A stretch of DNA of 64,000 bases from a virus: IMG/VR virus record IMGVR_UViG_3300025162_000041, positions 1 to 64,000 of that record, one strand, 5' to 3'. The position numbers and the translations under genes were made by a program. Shown in pieces: positions 20,316 to 30,659 of this stretch (position 1 is its first letter; each line of letters starts with the position of its first letter). Under the pieces are notes generated by a model. That model searched no databases, was not told where the DNA came from, and saw only the letters and a list, made by a program, of their open reading frames with translations.

Positions 20316-20960
20316 ATGTATAAAGGCAAGACAAACATAGAAATTGTAAAAAGTTATTTGGAAGGAGAAAAGTTATTTCCTGTATTCGGTTATACTGGCA
20401 AAGAATACGTCAAACGAGCCATAGGAGAGCGTTGGATTGATAAATCGAATCAAGAGTGGGAGCAGAAGGCAGGTGGCCCTCAGAAGATCAATAGGGTGGC
20501 AAATATCGTGCGTGCGGCTATTGGCAATCAAAAATGCCGATGTGGTCAACAAATTCGGTGGGGTACTAAATTAGATAGATTATTTTTTAACAAAACTGGA
20601 TTATGTGAAGGATGCCTCATTGATTATGAAACTAAATTACGTGTGTTGGGTATTTACAACGATTACGAGAAATACAAACTAGCTTCCAATGAACTTGGAC
20701 ATGTCAAGGACATGAAAACCAAAATCCGCGAGACAATTAAGTATTTCGAGTCCGATGACACCGACGTTAAGATGCTGTGTAATTCCGAAGGGTTCGTGGA
20801 GAGATGGAGGACAACCAATATCGAAGATATTCTTAAAGATGCCAGGAAAGATTTGAAGGAGGCTCATCAACGTATTGTTGCGCTAGTGAGAATTCGGGAC
20901 GAACAAAAAGTAAAGTATATCGAGGCTTGCGCCAAATATAAATTGGAAACTATATGCTAG
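20316..20960 (+). CDS. Hypothetical protein coupled to terminase (Cys motifs)
   Basis: AAGGA RBS; overlaps the terminase start; CRC...CEGC. Confidence 0.6.
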   Translation: MYKGKTNIEIVKSYLEGEKLFPVFGYTGKEYVKRAIGERWIDKSNQEWEQKAGGPQKINRVANIVRAAIGNQKCRCGQQIRWGTKLDRLFFNKTGLCEGCLIDYETKLRVLGIYNDYEKYKLASNELGHVKDMKTKIRETIKYFESDDTDVKMLCNSEGFVERWRTTNIEDILKDARKDLKEAHQRIVALVRIRDEQKVKYIEACAKYKLETIC

Positions 20961-23785
20961 ATGGAAAAATCTCCTATCAAGACCTAATCCGAGAGGAATA
21001 TAAAAAGTGCTTAGAGTCACCAGTGTACTTTATGAAGCAGTATGTCAAAATCAAACACCCAATGCGGGGTACGATTCTTTTTGACTTGTTCAAATTCCAA
21101 GAGGAAACTCTACAAGCTTTTCACGATTATAAGTTCAATATTATCCTCAAATCCCGACAAATGGGTATTTCAACCCTTGTTGCTTCGTATTCCTTATGGC
21201 TGATGATTTTCCATAAGGATAAGACTGTTCTTTTGATTTCGTTAAAGCAAGATGATGCCAAAGATGTTTTGACTAAGGTTCGGGATGCTTATAAAGAACT
21301 TCCCAACTGGCTCAAGATTCAATGTAGCGAAGATAATCGTCTGTCCATTCGGTTTTCCAATGGCTCGCGCATTCAAGCTGCCTCTACTACGAAAAAATCA
21401 GGTGTAGGTCAAGCCCTTTCTCTTCTGATTATTGATGAAGCTGCACTCATTGAAGATGCCGAAGACCTGTGGACATCTGCACAACCAACATTGTCAACCG
21501 GTGGAAACGCCATCGTTCTTTCAACCCCCCGAGGAGTAGGAGGATGGTTTCATAAAATATGGCAGGGCGCATCCGATGATAACCAAGATGGCACCGTAGG
21601 GAGAAATGGATTCCATCCTATTACTCTCCCGTGGCAGCTTCACCCCGAACGGGACGATGAATGGCGCAGAATTGAAGGCGAAAAACAAGGTAATCCTAAA
21701 AAGGCGTCACAAGAATATGACTGCAATTTCCTCTCATCTGGTGATAACGTCGTTGACCTCAATATCATTGAGTTCTATAAGAAAAATAAGGCGTGTGATC
21801 CTGTAGAATGTCGGGGCATGGGTAAGAACCTATGGATTTGGGAGTATCCTGATAGAAGTCATGTCTATGTTGTATGTTTGCCATCTGGAGAATCGGTATT
21901 AACAGAAATGGGGGTTAAAAGAATAGAAGATGTGACTTATGAGGATAAGCTCATTGATAAGGATGGTTATATTACAAATATCGAGGATATAAAGGTTAGA
22001 CTATATAACGGGAAAATATATGAAATAACTCCTTCCAATACATTTCGAACAACAAAATTTACAGATGAACATCCGATTTTTGTAAGTCAAACTTCCAAAT
22101 TAAATAGGATGTATAAAAAGGATGATATAAATTATAGGTTTAATCAGAGATATTGGGAACATGATTTTAAGTTTGTAGATGCCAAAGATGTAAAGAAAAA
22201 TGATTGGATACGTTTTCCAAACATTTATACAAAAAATAAACTGGATAGTTTAAGTATAATGTGGAAAGAGTTTGAGAATATAGGAAGAATTGATTTTCAA
22301 ATTAAAGATAATCCATTTTTGAATGAGGATTTTTGGTGGTTTGTTGGTATTTGGTTGGCTGAGGGGTGGTGTTATACAGATAAAAGCGGAAATGTTACAA
22401 TTCATACGGCACATAACTCAAGCGAAACTATTATTATAAATAAATTGCGACGTATTGTTTTTGATCTGTTTGACAGAACTTTGCTTGTTATGCCAACAGA
22501 AAATAATACAACTGTATGTCAATTTGGATCTAAACAAATCGGGACGTTGTTAGAAAAATATTTTGGAAAGTATGCTGGAGGAAAGTTTATCTCGGAACGC
22601 ATAAAATATATCTCTCAAAATGAGAAAATACAATTGATCAATGGATATATTGCCGGAGACGGATGTGTTTTAGCTAATAAGCGAGGAGCAAAATCTATAA
22701 AAATAACATCAATATCATTAAGATTACTAGAAGATATTCAAGATATGCTATTTTCATTAGGATGTGTTTCTTCTCTTAATTTATTGCGGGTAAAAAAACA
22801 AGCGAAGATAAGAGAAAAAAATATAAACCAAAAACAAGCATATTCGTTAACTATTTCGGATTATGGATGTAAATGTTTAATATTAGGGCATTTGCCAAAA
22901 TCTAAATCTCAACGAACGGCGGATTGTTATTTAAGCCCGGATAATCAATATATTTATTTTCGTGTAAAAAAAGTAAAAGAGATGTTTTATTGTGGGGAGG
23001 TTCATAATTTCACGACAAAATCTGGTACTTTTTTGTGTGAAAATATAACCACTCATAATTGTGCCGATGTAGCCCGTGGCGATGGCGCTGATTATTCGGC
23101 ATGTCATGTTTTAGACATCAGTAGAGAAAAACCAGTCCAAGTCGCCGAATACAAGGGTAAAATTAGTACTAAAGATTTTGGTGATTTTCTTGTAGCATTA
23201 GCAACTGAGTATAATAGCGGTTTGCTCGTGATTGAACGTGAAAATGTTGGATGGGGCACTATTCAAGAAGTTCTTGATCGGGGTTATCCAAATACTTTTT
23301 ATAGTTCCGCAGACCTTAAGTATGTTGAAGTTCAACGTCAACTGAATAATAATTGGGCCGCCGAGGACAAAAAACTTGTCCCAGGATTCAGCACAAACGT
23401 CAGAACTCGTCCTCTCATAGTTGATAATATGGAGCATTACATGCGACATATGGCTGTTGAAATTCGCTCAAAACGCACCCTTGCAGAACTAGAGACCTTC
23501 GTTTGGAAGAATGGTAAACAAATCGCAATGGAGGGCTACAACGACGACTTAACGATGGCTCTCTGTATTGGTTTGTGGGTCCGTGATACAGCCCTTCGCT
23601 TACGTCAAGAAGGAGTCGAATTAACTAAGATTGCTGTAAGTGGAATGACTAAAGATAAAATGGATCAAACACCATTCTATAAAGTGAAACAAGCCCAGAC
23701 AGGCCATAATGCGTGGACAATGAATACGGGACGCCAAGGCTTCGGCAAACAAAATCAAGAGGATTTACGTTGGCTTATCGGCTAA
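20954..23785 (+). CDS. Terminase large subunit (gp17-like) with one intein
   Basis: KSRQMGIST Walker A, LIIDEAA Walker B, STPRG, nuclease ADVARGDGAD, YNDDL. Confidence 0.95.
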   Translation: MLDGKISYQDLIREEYKKCLESPVYFMKQYVKIKHPMRGTILFDLFKFQEETLQAFHDYKFNIILKSRQMGISTLVASYSLWLMIFHKDKTVLLISLKQDDAKDVLTKVRDAYKELPNWLKIQCSEDNRLSIRFSNGSRIQAASTTKKSGVGQALSLLIIDEAALIEDAEDLWTSAQPTLSTGGNAIVLSTPRGVGGWFHKIWQGASDDNQDGTVGRNGFHPITLPWQLHPERDDEWRRIEGEKQGNPKKASQEYDCNFLSSGDNVVDLNIIEFYKKNKACDPVECRGMGKNLWIWEYPDRSHVYVVCLPSGESVLTEMGVKRIEDVTYEDKLIDKDGYITNIEDIKVRLYNGKIYEITPSNTFRTTKFTDEHPIFVSQTSKLNRMYKKDDINYRFNQRYWEHDFKFVDAKDVKKNDWIRFPNIYTKNKLDSLSIMWKEFENIGRIDFQIKDNPFLNEDFWWFVGIWLAEGWCYTDKSGNVTIHTAHNSSETIIINKLRRIVFDLFDRTLLVMPTENNTTVCQFGSKQIGTLLEKYFGKYAGGKFISERIKYISQNEKIQLINGYIAGDGCVLANKRGAKSIKITSISLRLLEDIQDMLFSLGCVSSLNLLRVKKQAKIREKNINQKQAYSLTISDYGCKCLILGHLPKSKSQRTADCYLSPDNQYIYFRVKKVKEMFYCGEVHNFTTKSGTFLCENITTHNCADVARGDGADYSACHVLDISREKPVQVAEYKGKISTKDFGDFLVALATEYNSGLLVIERENVGWGTIQEVLDRGYPNTFYSSADLKYVEVQRQLNNNWAAEDKKLVPGFSTNVRTRPLIVDNMEHYMRHMAVEIRSKRTLAELETFVWKNGKQIAMEGYNDDLTMALCIGLWVRDTALRLRQEGVELTKIAVSGMTKDKMDQTPFYKVKQAQTGHNAWTMNTGRQGFGKQNQEDLRWLIG
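21875..23059 (+). mobile_element. Intein with LAGLIDADG endonuclease (395 aa) in terminase
   Basis: VYVV|CLPSGE...TDEHP...GIWLAEG...GYIAGDG...TTHN|CADVARG. Confidence 0.92.
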
Positions 23786-23793
23786 TCCGAACA

Positions 23794-23801
23794 TATTTAT
23801 A
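23794..23801 (+). promoter_or_regulatory. Representative putative late promoter TATTTATA
   Basis: Same 8-mer on the sense strand before at least 12 genes (6142, 9240, 23794, 29724, 43350, 49051, 50799, 52814; minus 41765, 42118, 59958, 60993). Confidence 0.7.
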
Positions 23802-23843
23802 GAATAGGCCAATAATACATACACACTAATAGAAAGAAATATT

Positions 23844-26800
23844 ATGCCAACAAATACTAACATGTCGCTCAAGCCATTCGACGATGAAATACTCGATGTA
23901 AAAAAACAGTCGCTATATGCAAGATTAAAAAGACTGTTTTCTACAGACGTTATCGTGCGTAACGTCGGCGGTAAACAACTGAAAATAAAAGATACCGATA
24001 GCATTATGTATGCTACGGATAGAAATAGTCTACGAGACCGCTTTAATCGTATCCGTAGCACAGCCTATAATGCTTATACCCGTGACTTCGCCCTGTCATA
24101 TCAAGCCGCAAGAATGGACTTGTTTCGTGACTACGATTGCGTAGGGCCAGATACAATTATTCCACTGCCAGATGGGTCAAGACCTACTATTAAGGAGTTA
24201 ACAGAAAAATATAAAGATAAGCCGCAGGAACGATTTTATGTGTTTTCTTATGACCACGAAACCGATTCAATTAAACTTGGTCGTGCGTTTCATCCTAGAA
24301 AGAAAGGCGGCGGAACTAGAGAAGGATTTAAAGTAACTTTTGATGATGGACAATACGTTATTGGAAGTATTAAACATCCATTCTTAATGCGAAATGGCGA
24401 GTATAAGATGATTTATGATCTTAAAGTTGGTGATTCAGTGATGCCGTTTTATCAAAAGGATTTTTATGGTCATGGTTATAGACATTTGTATAATTTTAGT
24501 AGGGGCTGGCAATCTGAACATAAAATTGTAGCAGAACAATTTGAAAGACCATTAAAAGAGAATGAGGTGGTTCACCATAGAAACTTTAATAAAACCAACA
24601 ATTCCCCCGATAATCTTCAGATAATGATAGAGTCGGAACATAAAGCATATCATTGTAAAATCATTGCGGATAAATTGTGGTCACCAGAAAATAAGCAAAA
24701 AACTATAAACAAGGTTCAAGCATCAGAGGGATATAAGAATAGAAAATGTCATAAATGGAATGGTGAAAGACAAGGAGGAAATAATCCGTTTTATGGAAAA
24801 ACTCATACCGAAGAATCTAATGAAAAACGTTCAAAAACACTAAAAGAAGTGTTTGTAAATAGAGATCAAAACGGGAATAAAAATCCAAAATATAGAAAGG
24901 ATTTAACTATAGAAGTTCTGAGAATAAAAGCGAACGAATACTATAAAAAGAATGGTAAATTGACTTTATGGGGACTTATAAAGGATATAGGATGTGATTA
25001 TACGACTATTCAAAATAGGTTTAGATATTATAATTGTGATTGGGATACATTCAAAAATGATGTAGTTTCTACTTTGAATCATAAGATCAAATCTATTGAA
25101 TCCATTGGTCAAATAGATGTATATGATGTTACAGTTGAACAGTTTGCGAACTTTGCTACTGATAGTGTTTTCGTAAAAAATACAATGGACATGGACCCGA
25201 TCCTAAGTTGCCTATCTGGAGACACTTGCATATCGACGTTAAATGGGTTTGTTCCGATAAAAGAGTTGGCGGAGAAATATTCGGGAGATGAAACATTTAA
25301 AGTATGGTCGTGGGATAAAGATAGTCAAAAGTTGACAGTGGGAAATGCTCATCATCCCAGAAAAACAGGAACTAAAAGTGTAATAGAAGTACATTTGGAT
25401 AATAGAGAGGTATTAAAATGTACTTCTGACCACAGAATAATGTTAGTTGATGGAACATATAAAGAAGCTGGCCAACTGATGAGCGGAGACTCATTGATGC
25501 CTTTTTATCATAGGCAAAATCGAAATGGGTATCAAGAAATAAAATCTTTGGGAAAACGATTTAAATGTACACATCGTTACATTTTTGAAGATGTTCTAAC
25601 CGAACAAGATTTGGTCGGCAGTAACATTCATCATAAAAATCATAATAAGTTAGATAACAGGTTGGAGAATTTGGAATTGATGACGGCGCTTGAACACATG
25701 AGGTTACACGGCATTTCTCCTATAACTAAAGGGAAAAAATCTATAAATTCAAAGGAGTGGTGGGAAAATTTAGAATATAGAACCAAATGTTCTGGTGCGT
25801 TAAAAAAATATCAAGCATCTGACGAAGGGAAGAAAATGATGTCAGAACATACGTCGCTTATCAATACAGAACGATGGAAAAATGATTCCGATTATGCATT
25901 AAAAATGGCATCCATATTTTCCGAACATGCAAAGTCAATGTGGAGTGATCCTGTGTGGAAAGAATGGAAACGTAAAAAACACTCTGAGACAATGCGATTG
26001 AAATATGCGAATGATCCGATTTTTAGAGAACAAATAAAACGAGTGGGGCATGAAAATGGACGATACAAAGATTTAGTTACTACGGAATCTATTTTAATAG
26101 AGGGAACAAAATATAACTCGTTAGTAGAATTTGCAAGAATCTTTGACTTCAACGGACTTGTATTTAAGAACGACCAATATAAATGCCAATTCATATCACG
26201 AAGATTGAAAGAAGCGGGGTATGATGGATGGACCGATTATAGAAATAAATTCGAATATTCTAATCACAAAGTAACGAAGATTGTCGATAACAATGAAGTT
26301 GTGGATGTATATGATTTGACGGTAGATATATACGAAAATTTCGCGATTAAACAAGGTATAATTTTGTCGAACAGTGCATTAGATATTTTTTCAGACGAAT
26401 GCCTTACGTATAATGAAGTAGGCAAGATGATTACTGTTCACTCGACCAACAACAATGTCAAGCGAATTCTTGAGAATTTATTTGATGAGATTCTCAATGT
26501 TCGGTTTAATTTATGGTCATGGACTCGCAACATGCCAGTGAAGTATGATTCTTATATTCCATTATTGTCGGGTGAAAATATAAGAATAGATGAGTTGTCT
26601 AAGAGAGTAAAATCCGGAGAGGAAATATGGGTATATTCTGTTCAAGATGGAACCAATCAAACTGTGCCTGGCAAAGTAATTTGGTGTGATAAAAATTATA
26701 TATCGGATAAAACAATAAAAGTAATATTTGACGATAACTCATATGTAGAAACTGCACCCGAACATCCTTTTATATTGCGAGATGGCCAAGAAAAACGAGC

Positions 26801-29669
26801 GGAGGAACTTAAGGAAAATGACAGTTTAATGCCATTTTATAGAAAATTAAGTCCTGAAAAGGGTGGAATGAATAAATATGAAATGGTGTATAATCCACGG
26901 TCTAATAAACATGAATATACGCATCGGGTTGTTGCGGAATCCTGCGGAATAAAAACCGACAAAACGAATAGAATTTTACACCACAAAAATTTTAATAAAT
27001 ATGACAATTCGCCCATAAACTTAGTTCCGATGGAGTTTTTTGAACACCGCAATCTTCATTCTGAACATTGTATTAAAACTCTACACACCCCAGAAGTCAT
27101 TGAAAAAAGAAGAAAAAGTTTGGATAAATATCTTCGTTCAAATGATAGGAAAGAAAGACTTAGTAGAGAAATGAAGGGGGTAAAAGTAAAGTATTTTCAA
27201 GATTATAATAACTCGGACTTACATGCTATCCATAACGAAATACGGTCAAAATTAAAAACTGAAATGTGGGCAGACCCGTCTCGTAGAGCGGTAGCAATCG
27301 GAAATATGAAGATGGGGTGGACTCCTGAACGCCGAGAGTTAGCGAGTAAGAGAATGAAGGAATTTAGAAAAAATGGAGTTTTAACAAATCATAAAGTAAA
27401 ATGTATTGAAATAATAAATGAAAATACTGATGTATACTGTATGACTGTCGTTGGTCCTGGTGGGGAACAGGATAGACACAATTTTGCTATATGCGGAAAG
27501 GATATGGAAGGAAACATAACCAAAACTAGTGGCGTATTTATTAAAAACTGTAAATATGGTGATTTTTTCTTAAAACTATATATTACACCCGAGTATGGTA
27601 TTTACATGGTCGAGCCAATTTCGGCTTACAATGTAGAACGGATTGAAAATTCTGATCCTACTAATAAGCGATATGTCAAGTTCCAACTTCGTCCTTCGGA
27701 TACATCACAGGCTGAAATTCTTGAAAATTATGAAGTAGCTCATTTTCGACTTATTTCCGATTCGAATTTTTTGCCCTACGGCAAGTCGATGATTGAAGGT
27801 GGAAGGAGGGTATGGAAGCAACTTTCACTCATGGAAGACGCTATGCTTATCAGTCGTATCATGCGTGCTCCTGAAAGACGTATTTTCTATACTGATATTG
27901 GCAATATTCCGCCGAATGAAGTGGACGCTTACATGCAGAAAATGATGGATAAGATGAAGAAAGTGCCATATATTGATGAGCAAACGGGCGAATACAATCT
28001 TCGATTTAACCTTCAGAACATGATTGAGGATTATTATATTCCAGTTCGTGGTGGTGATAGTGGAACTAAGATTGATTCATTACCTGGAATGGAATGGACG
28101 GGTATTGACGATCTTGAGTATATCAAGACGAAGATGATGGCAGCACTTAAGATTCCAAAAGCCTTTTTAGGATATGACGACGCAATAGCAGGTAAAGCTA
28201 CTTTGGCTTGTGTTGTTCCCGAGACACGAGTACCTTTGCTCAACGGACTTACAAAAACAGTAAAAGAACTAATTGATGATTATAACAACGGTATAAAAAA
28301 TTATGTTTATTCCATTGATGAAGAAACCAAAAACATTGTTCCGGGTGAAGTAGAATGGGCAGGATTCACTAGAATGGATACTGATGTTGTGCGAGTTTAT
28401 TTGGATAATACACAATATATTGATTGCACTTCTGACCATCGTTTTATGACGAGAGATGGCAATTGGCTGGAAGCCAAGGATTTAGTGGAAGGACAATCAT
28501 TAATGCCATTATATAGAAAAAATCAAATAATGCGTAAAAAACTGGATTATGAAATGGTTTATAATCCCTCTGCGGGGCGACCAAGGGCGGTTAAAAACCA
28601 TAAAGTAATAAAAATAGAACTATTATCCGAAAGAAGAGATACGTGTGACATAACAATAAAAAAGTATCATAACTTTGCAACTTCGGCGGGAGTTATTGTC
28701 CACAATTCGGAGGATGTGCGATTTGCTCGTACTATTCAACGTTTACAACGTATTATTACATCAGAACTTAGCAAGATTGCTATTGTTCATTTATATGCTC
28801 AAGGTTACCGTGACGAATCGCTTGTTGATTTTGAACTTGAACTGACTAATCCATCGACCATTTTCGAGAAGGAGAAGCTTGAAATTTGGCAGGATAAAGT
28901 GAGTGTATCCATTGATATGGTAGAGAACAAGTTTTTCTCTTATAAATGGATTTACAAGAATATATTCAATATGTCTGAAGACGACATTGAGCAAGTGCAA
29001 GAAGAAGTTGTTGAAGATGCCAAGCAGCGTTATCGTTTCACCAAGATTGAAGAGGATGGCGATGATCCAGCCAAACCATTCAAGAAGATAGGTGGAAAGG
29101 GTGACGGGGATGATAAAGATAAAGGTGGTCTTGGAGGTCTTGACATTGGTGGTGGAGGCGGTGGTGGAGGCGGTGGTGGAGGCGGTGGGCTTCCAGATCT
29201 AGATGACCTTGGCGACATTAGCCCCGAAGGTGGGGAAGGAGAAGAAGGTGAGGAGGGAGAGGGCGAAAAAGAAGAAGAACTTCCCGACCTTACGAAAATT
29301 AAGGAAGTTGTAGAAGACACGCGTGATCGCAGTGATAGGGATCAAAGTGACCGAGATCAAAGTGACCGACACCAAGATGGTGAAAAGAAAGCTCCTAATA
29401 CAACAGAAGATCCAATTGGTCGTCTTGAACGTTCTGCAACACCAAAGAAAAAGAGCGAGGGAAAGAGAGTTAGTGCCATTCAACATAATTACGAAGGTGG
29501 CACTCCATTGCGCTTACGTGAGAGAGCATCTCCACCTATAGATAAGGGTATGATTAGTAGTCTTTCTGACTTCCTTAAAAAGACTCAGCCAGAGACCAAA
29601 CAAGAACTCTTGCGAGAGAATCAATTGACGAGAAGCAAGTCTATGTTAGATGAAACTCAATTGCTATAG
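23844..29669 (+). CDS. Portal protein (gp20-like) with four inteins; about 701 aa after splicing
   Basis: Exteins read ALDIFSDE, CKYGDFF, LMEDAMLISRIMRAPERRIFY, EDYYIP.RGG..GTKID.LPG, EDVRFAR. Confidence 0.95.
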   Translation: MPTNTNMSLKPFDDEILDVKKQSLYARLKRLFSTDVIVRNVGGKQLKIKDTDSIMYATDRNSLRDRFNRIRSTAYNAYTRDFALSYQAARMDLFRDYDCVGPDTIIPLPDGSRPTIKELTEKYKDKPQERFYVFSYDHETDSIKLGRAFHPRKKGGGTREGFKVTFDDGQYVIGSIKHPFLMRNGEYKMIYDLKVGDSVMPFYQKDFYGHGYRHLYNFSRGWQSEHKIVAEQFERPLKENEVVHHRNFNKTNNSPDNLQIMIESEHKAYHCKIIADKLWSPENKQKTINKVQASEGYKNRKCHKWNGERQGGNNPFYGKTHTEESNEKRSKTLKEVFVNRDQNGNKNPKYRKDLTIEVLRIKANEYYKKNGKLTLWGLIKDIGCDYTTIQNRFRYYNCDWDTFKNDVVSTLNHKIKSIESIGQIDVYDVTVEQFANFATDSVFVKNTMDMDPILSCLSGDTCISTLNGFVPIKELAEKYSGDETFKVWSWDKDSQKLTVGNAHHPRKTGTKSVIEVHLDNREVLKCTSDHRIMLVDGTYKEAGQLMSGDSLMPFYHRQNRNGYQEIKSLGKRFKCTHRYIFEDVLTEQDLVGSNIHHKNHNKLDNRLENLELMTALEHMRLHGISPITKGKKSINSKEWWENLEYRTKCSGALKKYQASDEGKKMMSEHTSLINTERWKNDSDYALKMASIFSEHAKSMWSDPVWKEWKRKKHSETMRLKYANDPIFREQIKRVGHENGRYKDLVTTESILIEGTKYNSLVEFARIFDFNGLVFKNDQYKCQFISRRLKEAGYDGWTDYRNKFEYSNHKVTKIVDNNEVVDVYDLTVDIYENFAIKQGIILSNSALDIFSDECLTYNEVGKMITVHSTNNNVKRILENLFDEILNVRFNLWSWTRNMPVKYDSYIPLLSGENIRIDELSKRVKSGEEIWVYSVQDGTNQTVPGKVIWCDKNYISDKTIKVIFDDNSYVETAPEHPFILRDGQEKRAEELKENDSLMPFYRKLSPEKGGMNKYEMVYNPRSNKHEYTHRVVAESCGIKTDKTNRILHHKNFNKYDNSPINLVPMEFFEHRNLHSEHCIKTLHTPEVIEKRRKSLDKYLRSNDRKERLSREMKGVKVKYFQDYNNSDLHAIHNEIRSKLKTEMWADPSRRAVAIGNMKMGWTPERRELASKRMKEFRKNGVLTNHKVKCIEIINENTDVYCMTVVGPGGEQDRHNFAICGKDMEGNITKTSGVFIKNCKYGDFFLKLYITPEYGIYMVEPISAYNVERIENSDPTNKRYVKFQLRPSDTSQAEILENYEVAHFRLISDSNFLPYGKSMIEGGRRVWKQLSLMEDAMLISRIMRAPERRIFYTDIGNIPPNEVDAYMQKMMDKMKKVPYIDEQTGEYNLRFNLQNMIEDYYIPVRGGDSGTKIDSLPGMEWTGIDDLEYIKTKMMAALKIPKAFLGYDDAIAGKATLACVVPETRVPLLNGLTKTVKELIDDYNNGIKNYVYSIDEETKNIVPGEVEWAGFTRMDTDVVRVYLDNTQYIDCTSDHRFMTRDGNWLEAKDLVEGQSLMPLYRKNQIMRKKLDYEMVYNPSAGRPRAVKNHKVIKIELLSERRDTCDITIKKYHNFATSAGVIVHNSEDVRFARTIQRLQRIITSELSKIAIVHLYAQGYRDESLVDFELELTNPSTIFEKEKLEIWQDKVSVSIDMVENKFFSYKWIYKNIFNMSEDDIEQVQEEVVEDAKQRYRFTKIEEDGDDPAKPFKKIGGKGDGDDKDKGGLGGLDIGGGGGGGGGGGGGGLPDLDDLGDISPEGGEGEEGEEGEGEKEEELPDLTKIKEVVEDTRDRSDRDQSDRDQSDRHQDGEKKAPNTTEDPIGRLERSATPKKKSEGKRVSAIQHNYEGGTPLRLRERASPPIDKGMISSLSDFLKKTQPETKQELLRENQLTRSKSMLDETQLL
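24138..25181 (+). mobile_element. Portal intein 1 (348 aa, HNH + NUMOD3-like)
   Basis: DYD|CVGPDT...VVHHRNFNKTNN...VYDVTV...VFVKN|T. Confidence 0.9.
25209..26372 (+). mobile_element. Portal intein 2 (388 aa, HNH)
   Basis: PILS|CLSGDT...CTSDH...IHHKNHNKLDNRLENL...VYDLTV...ILSN|S. Confidence 0.9.
26535..27548 (+). mobile_element. Portal intein 3 (338 aa, HNH), non-canonical Pro1
   Basis: WTRNM|PVKYDSYIPL...TAPEHPF...LHHKNFNKYDN...DVYCMTV...VFIKN|CKYGDFF. Confidence 0.85.
28209..28706 (+). mobile_element. Portal intein 4 (166-aa mini-intein)
   Basis: KATLA|CVVPET...CTSDH...IVHN|SEDVRF; no endonuclease domain. Confidence 0.9.
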
Positions 29670-29747
29670 AAATATGGATATAATCCAACGGATATAATCT
29701 TAGATTTTGCCCGAACAAAGGTATATTTATAATATAGTTGAAGAGAT

Positions 29748-30641
29748 TTGTCTATGCAAAATCAAAAGAAAATGCGCCATTCCAAATTCCGTAATACTGG
29801 AATCTTGTTTGAGCTACTCACCAAACAGGTCACTGCCGATATTATTTCGGGCAGGGATACTTCCGCTGCGAAGGACTTGCTTCACAAGTATTTTCGGGAG
29901 ACTACCGAACTTGGGCGTGAGTGGCAACTATATAGTACCCTGTTGAACGAAAAAATCAAAGATGAACCCCATGCTGAACGGTTCTTTTCTGTTATTTTGG
30001 AAGCCCGCAAGAAACTGAATGGTAGGAAACTTTCCCTTCTTAAATATGATTTAATCAAAGAGATTAAGGATGCATATCCCATTGAAGAAATGCTTAAAGC
30101 TCCTGTTCGGAATTATCGAGTTTTGGCCTCTATATATAAAGTCTTCGAAAATTCTGTATCCTCGGAATGTAAGTTTGATGTCAAAGAAGTATATCAATCA
30201 AAAAACTGTATAGTAGAACACATTGTTGACCGACCAAAAGTTATACATTCCGAAGATGAACTCATTAATTATTATAAAACTCAGACTGAGGATATACGTC
30301 TTCTTACTTATAAACTTCTATGTGAAAAGTTCAATGACAAATATGCCACTTCATTGGACGATGACCAGAAAGCAGTTTTACGCGAATACATTTGCAACGT
30401 TGCCAATACAAATAATTTTGATGTTTTCGTGAAACAAAAGGTTACTAAAATTAAAAAGTCTTTGACTGAAGCAATTGACAAAATCAGAGATTCGGATGTA
30501 ATGAGAATTAAAATTCGTGAAATTGTCAATCAACTTGATAGAATTAATCCAGGTAAGATAGTCAAAGATAACCACGTCATGGTATTGATGCTATCCTATG
30601 AACTACTCAAGGAAGTACGCAAACAACTTAATGGAAAATAA
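29748..30641 (+). CDS. Head-cluster hypothetical protein
   Basis: HSKFRNTGILFELL start; TATTTATA at 29724. Confidence 0.65.
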   Translation: MSMQNQKKMRHSKFRNTGILFELLTKQVTADIISGRDTSAAKDLLHKYFRETTELGREWQLYSTLLNEKIKDEPHAERFFSVILEARKKLNGRKLSLLKYDLIKEIKDAYPIEEMLKAPVRNYRVLASIYKVFENSVSSECKFDVKEVYQSKNCIVEHIVDRPKVIHSEDELINYYKTQTEDIRLLTYKLLCEKFNDKYATSLDDDQKAVLREYICNVANTNNFDVFVKQKVTKIKKSLTEAIDKIRDSDVMRIKIREIVNQLDRINPGKIVKDNHVMVLMLSYELLKEVRKQLNGK

Positions 30642-30659
30642 ATATTAAAGGATATCGCA

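Noticed and set aside
29030-29320. Antisense Pro/Ser-rich ORFs here and at 43423-44360
   Set aside because: Shadows of low-complexity coding repeats on the other strand.
29676-29699. GGATATAATC direct repeat after the portal gene
   Set aside because: Only two 10-bp copies in AT-rich DNA, with no further support.
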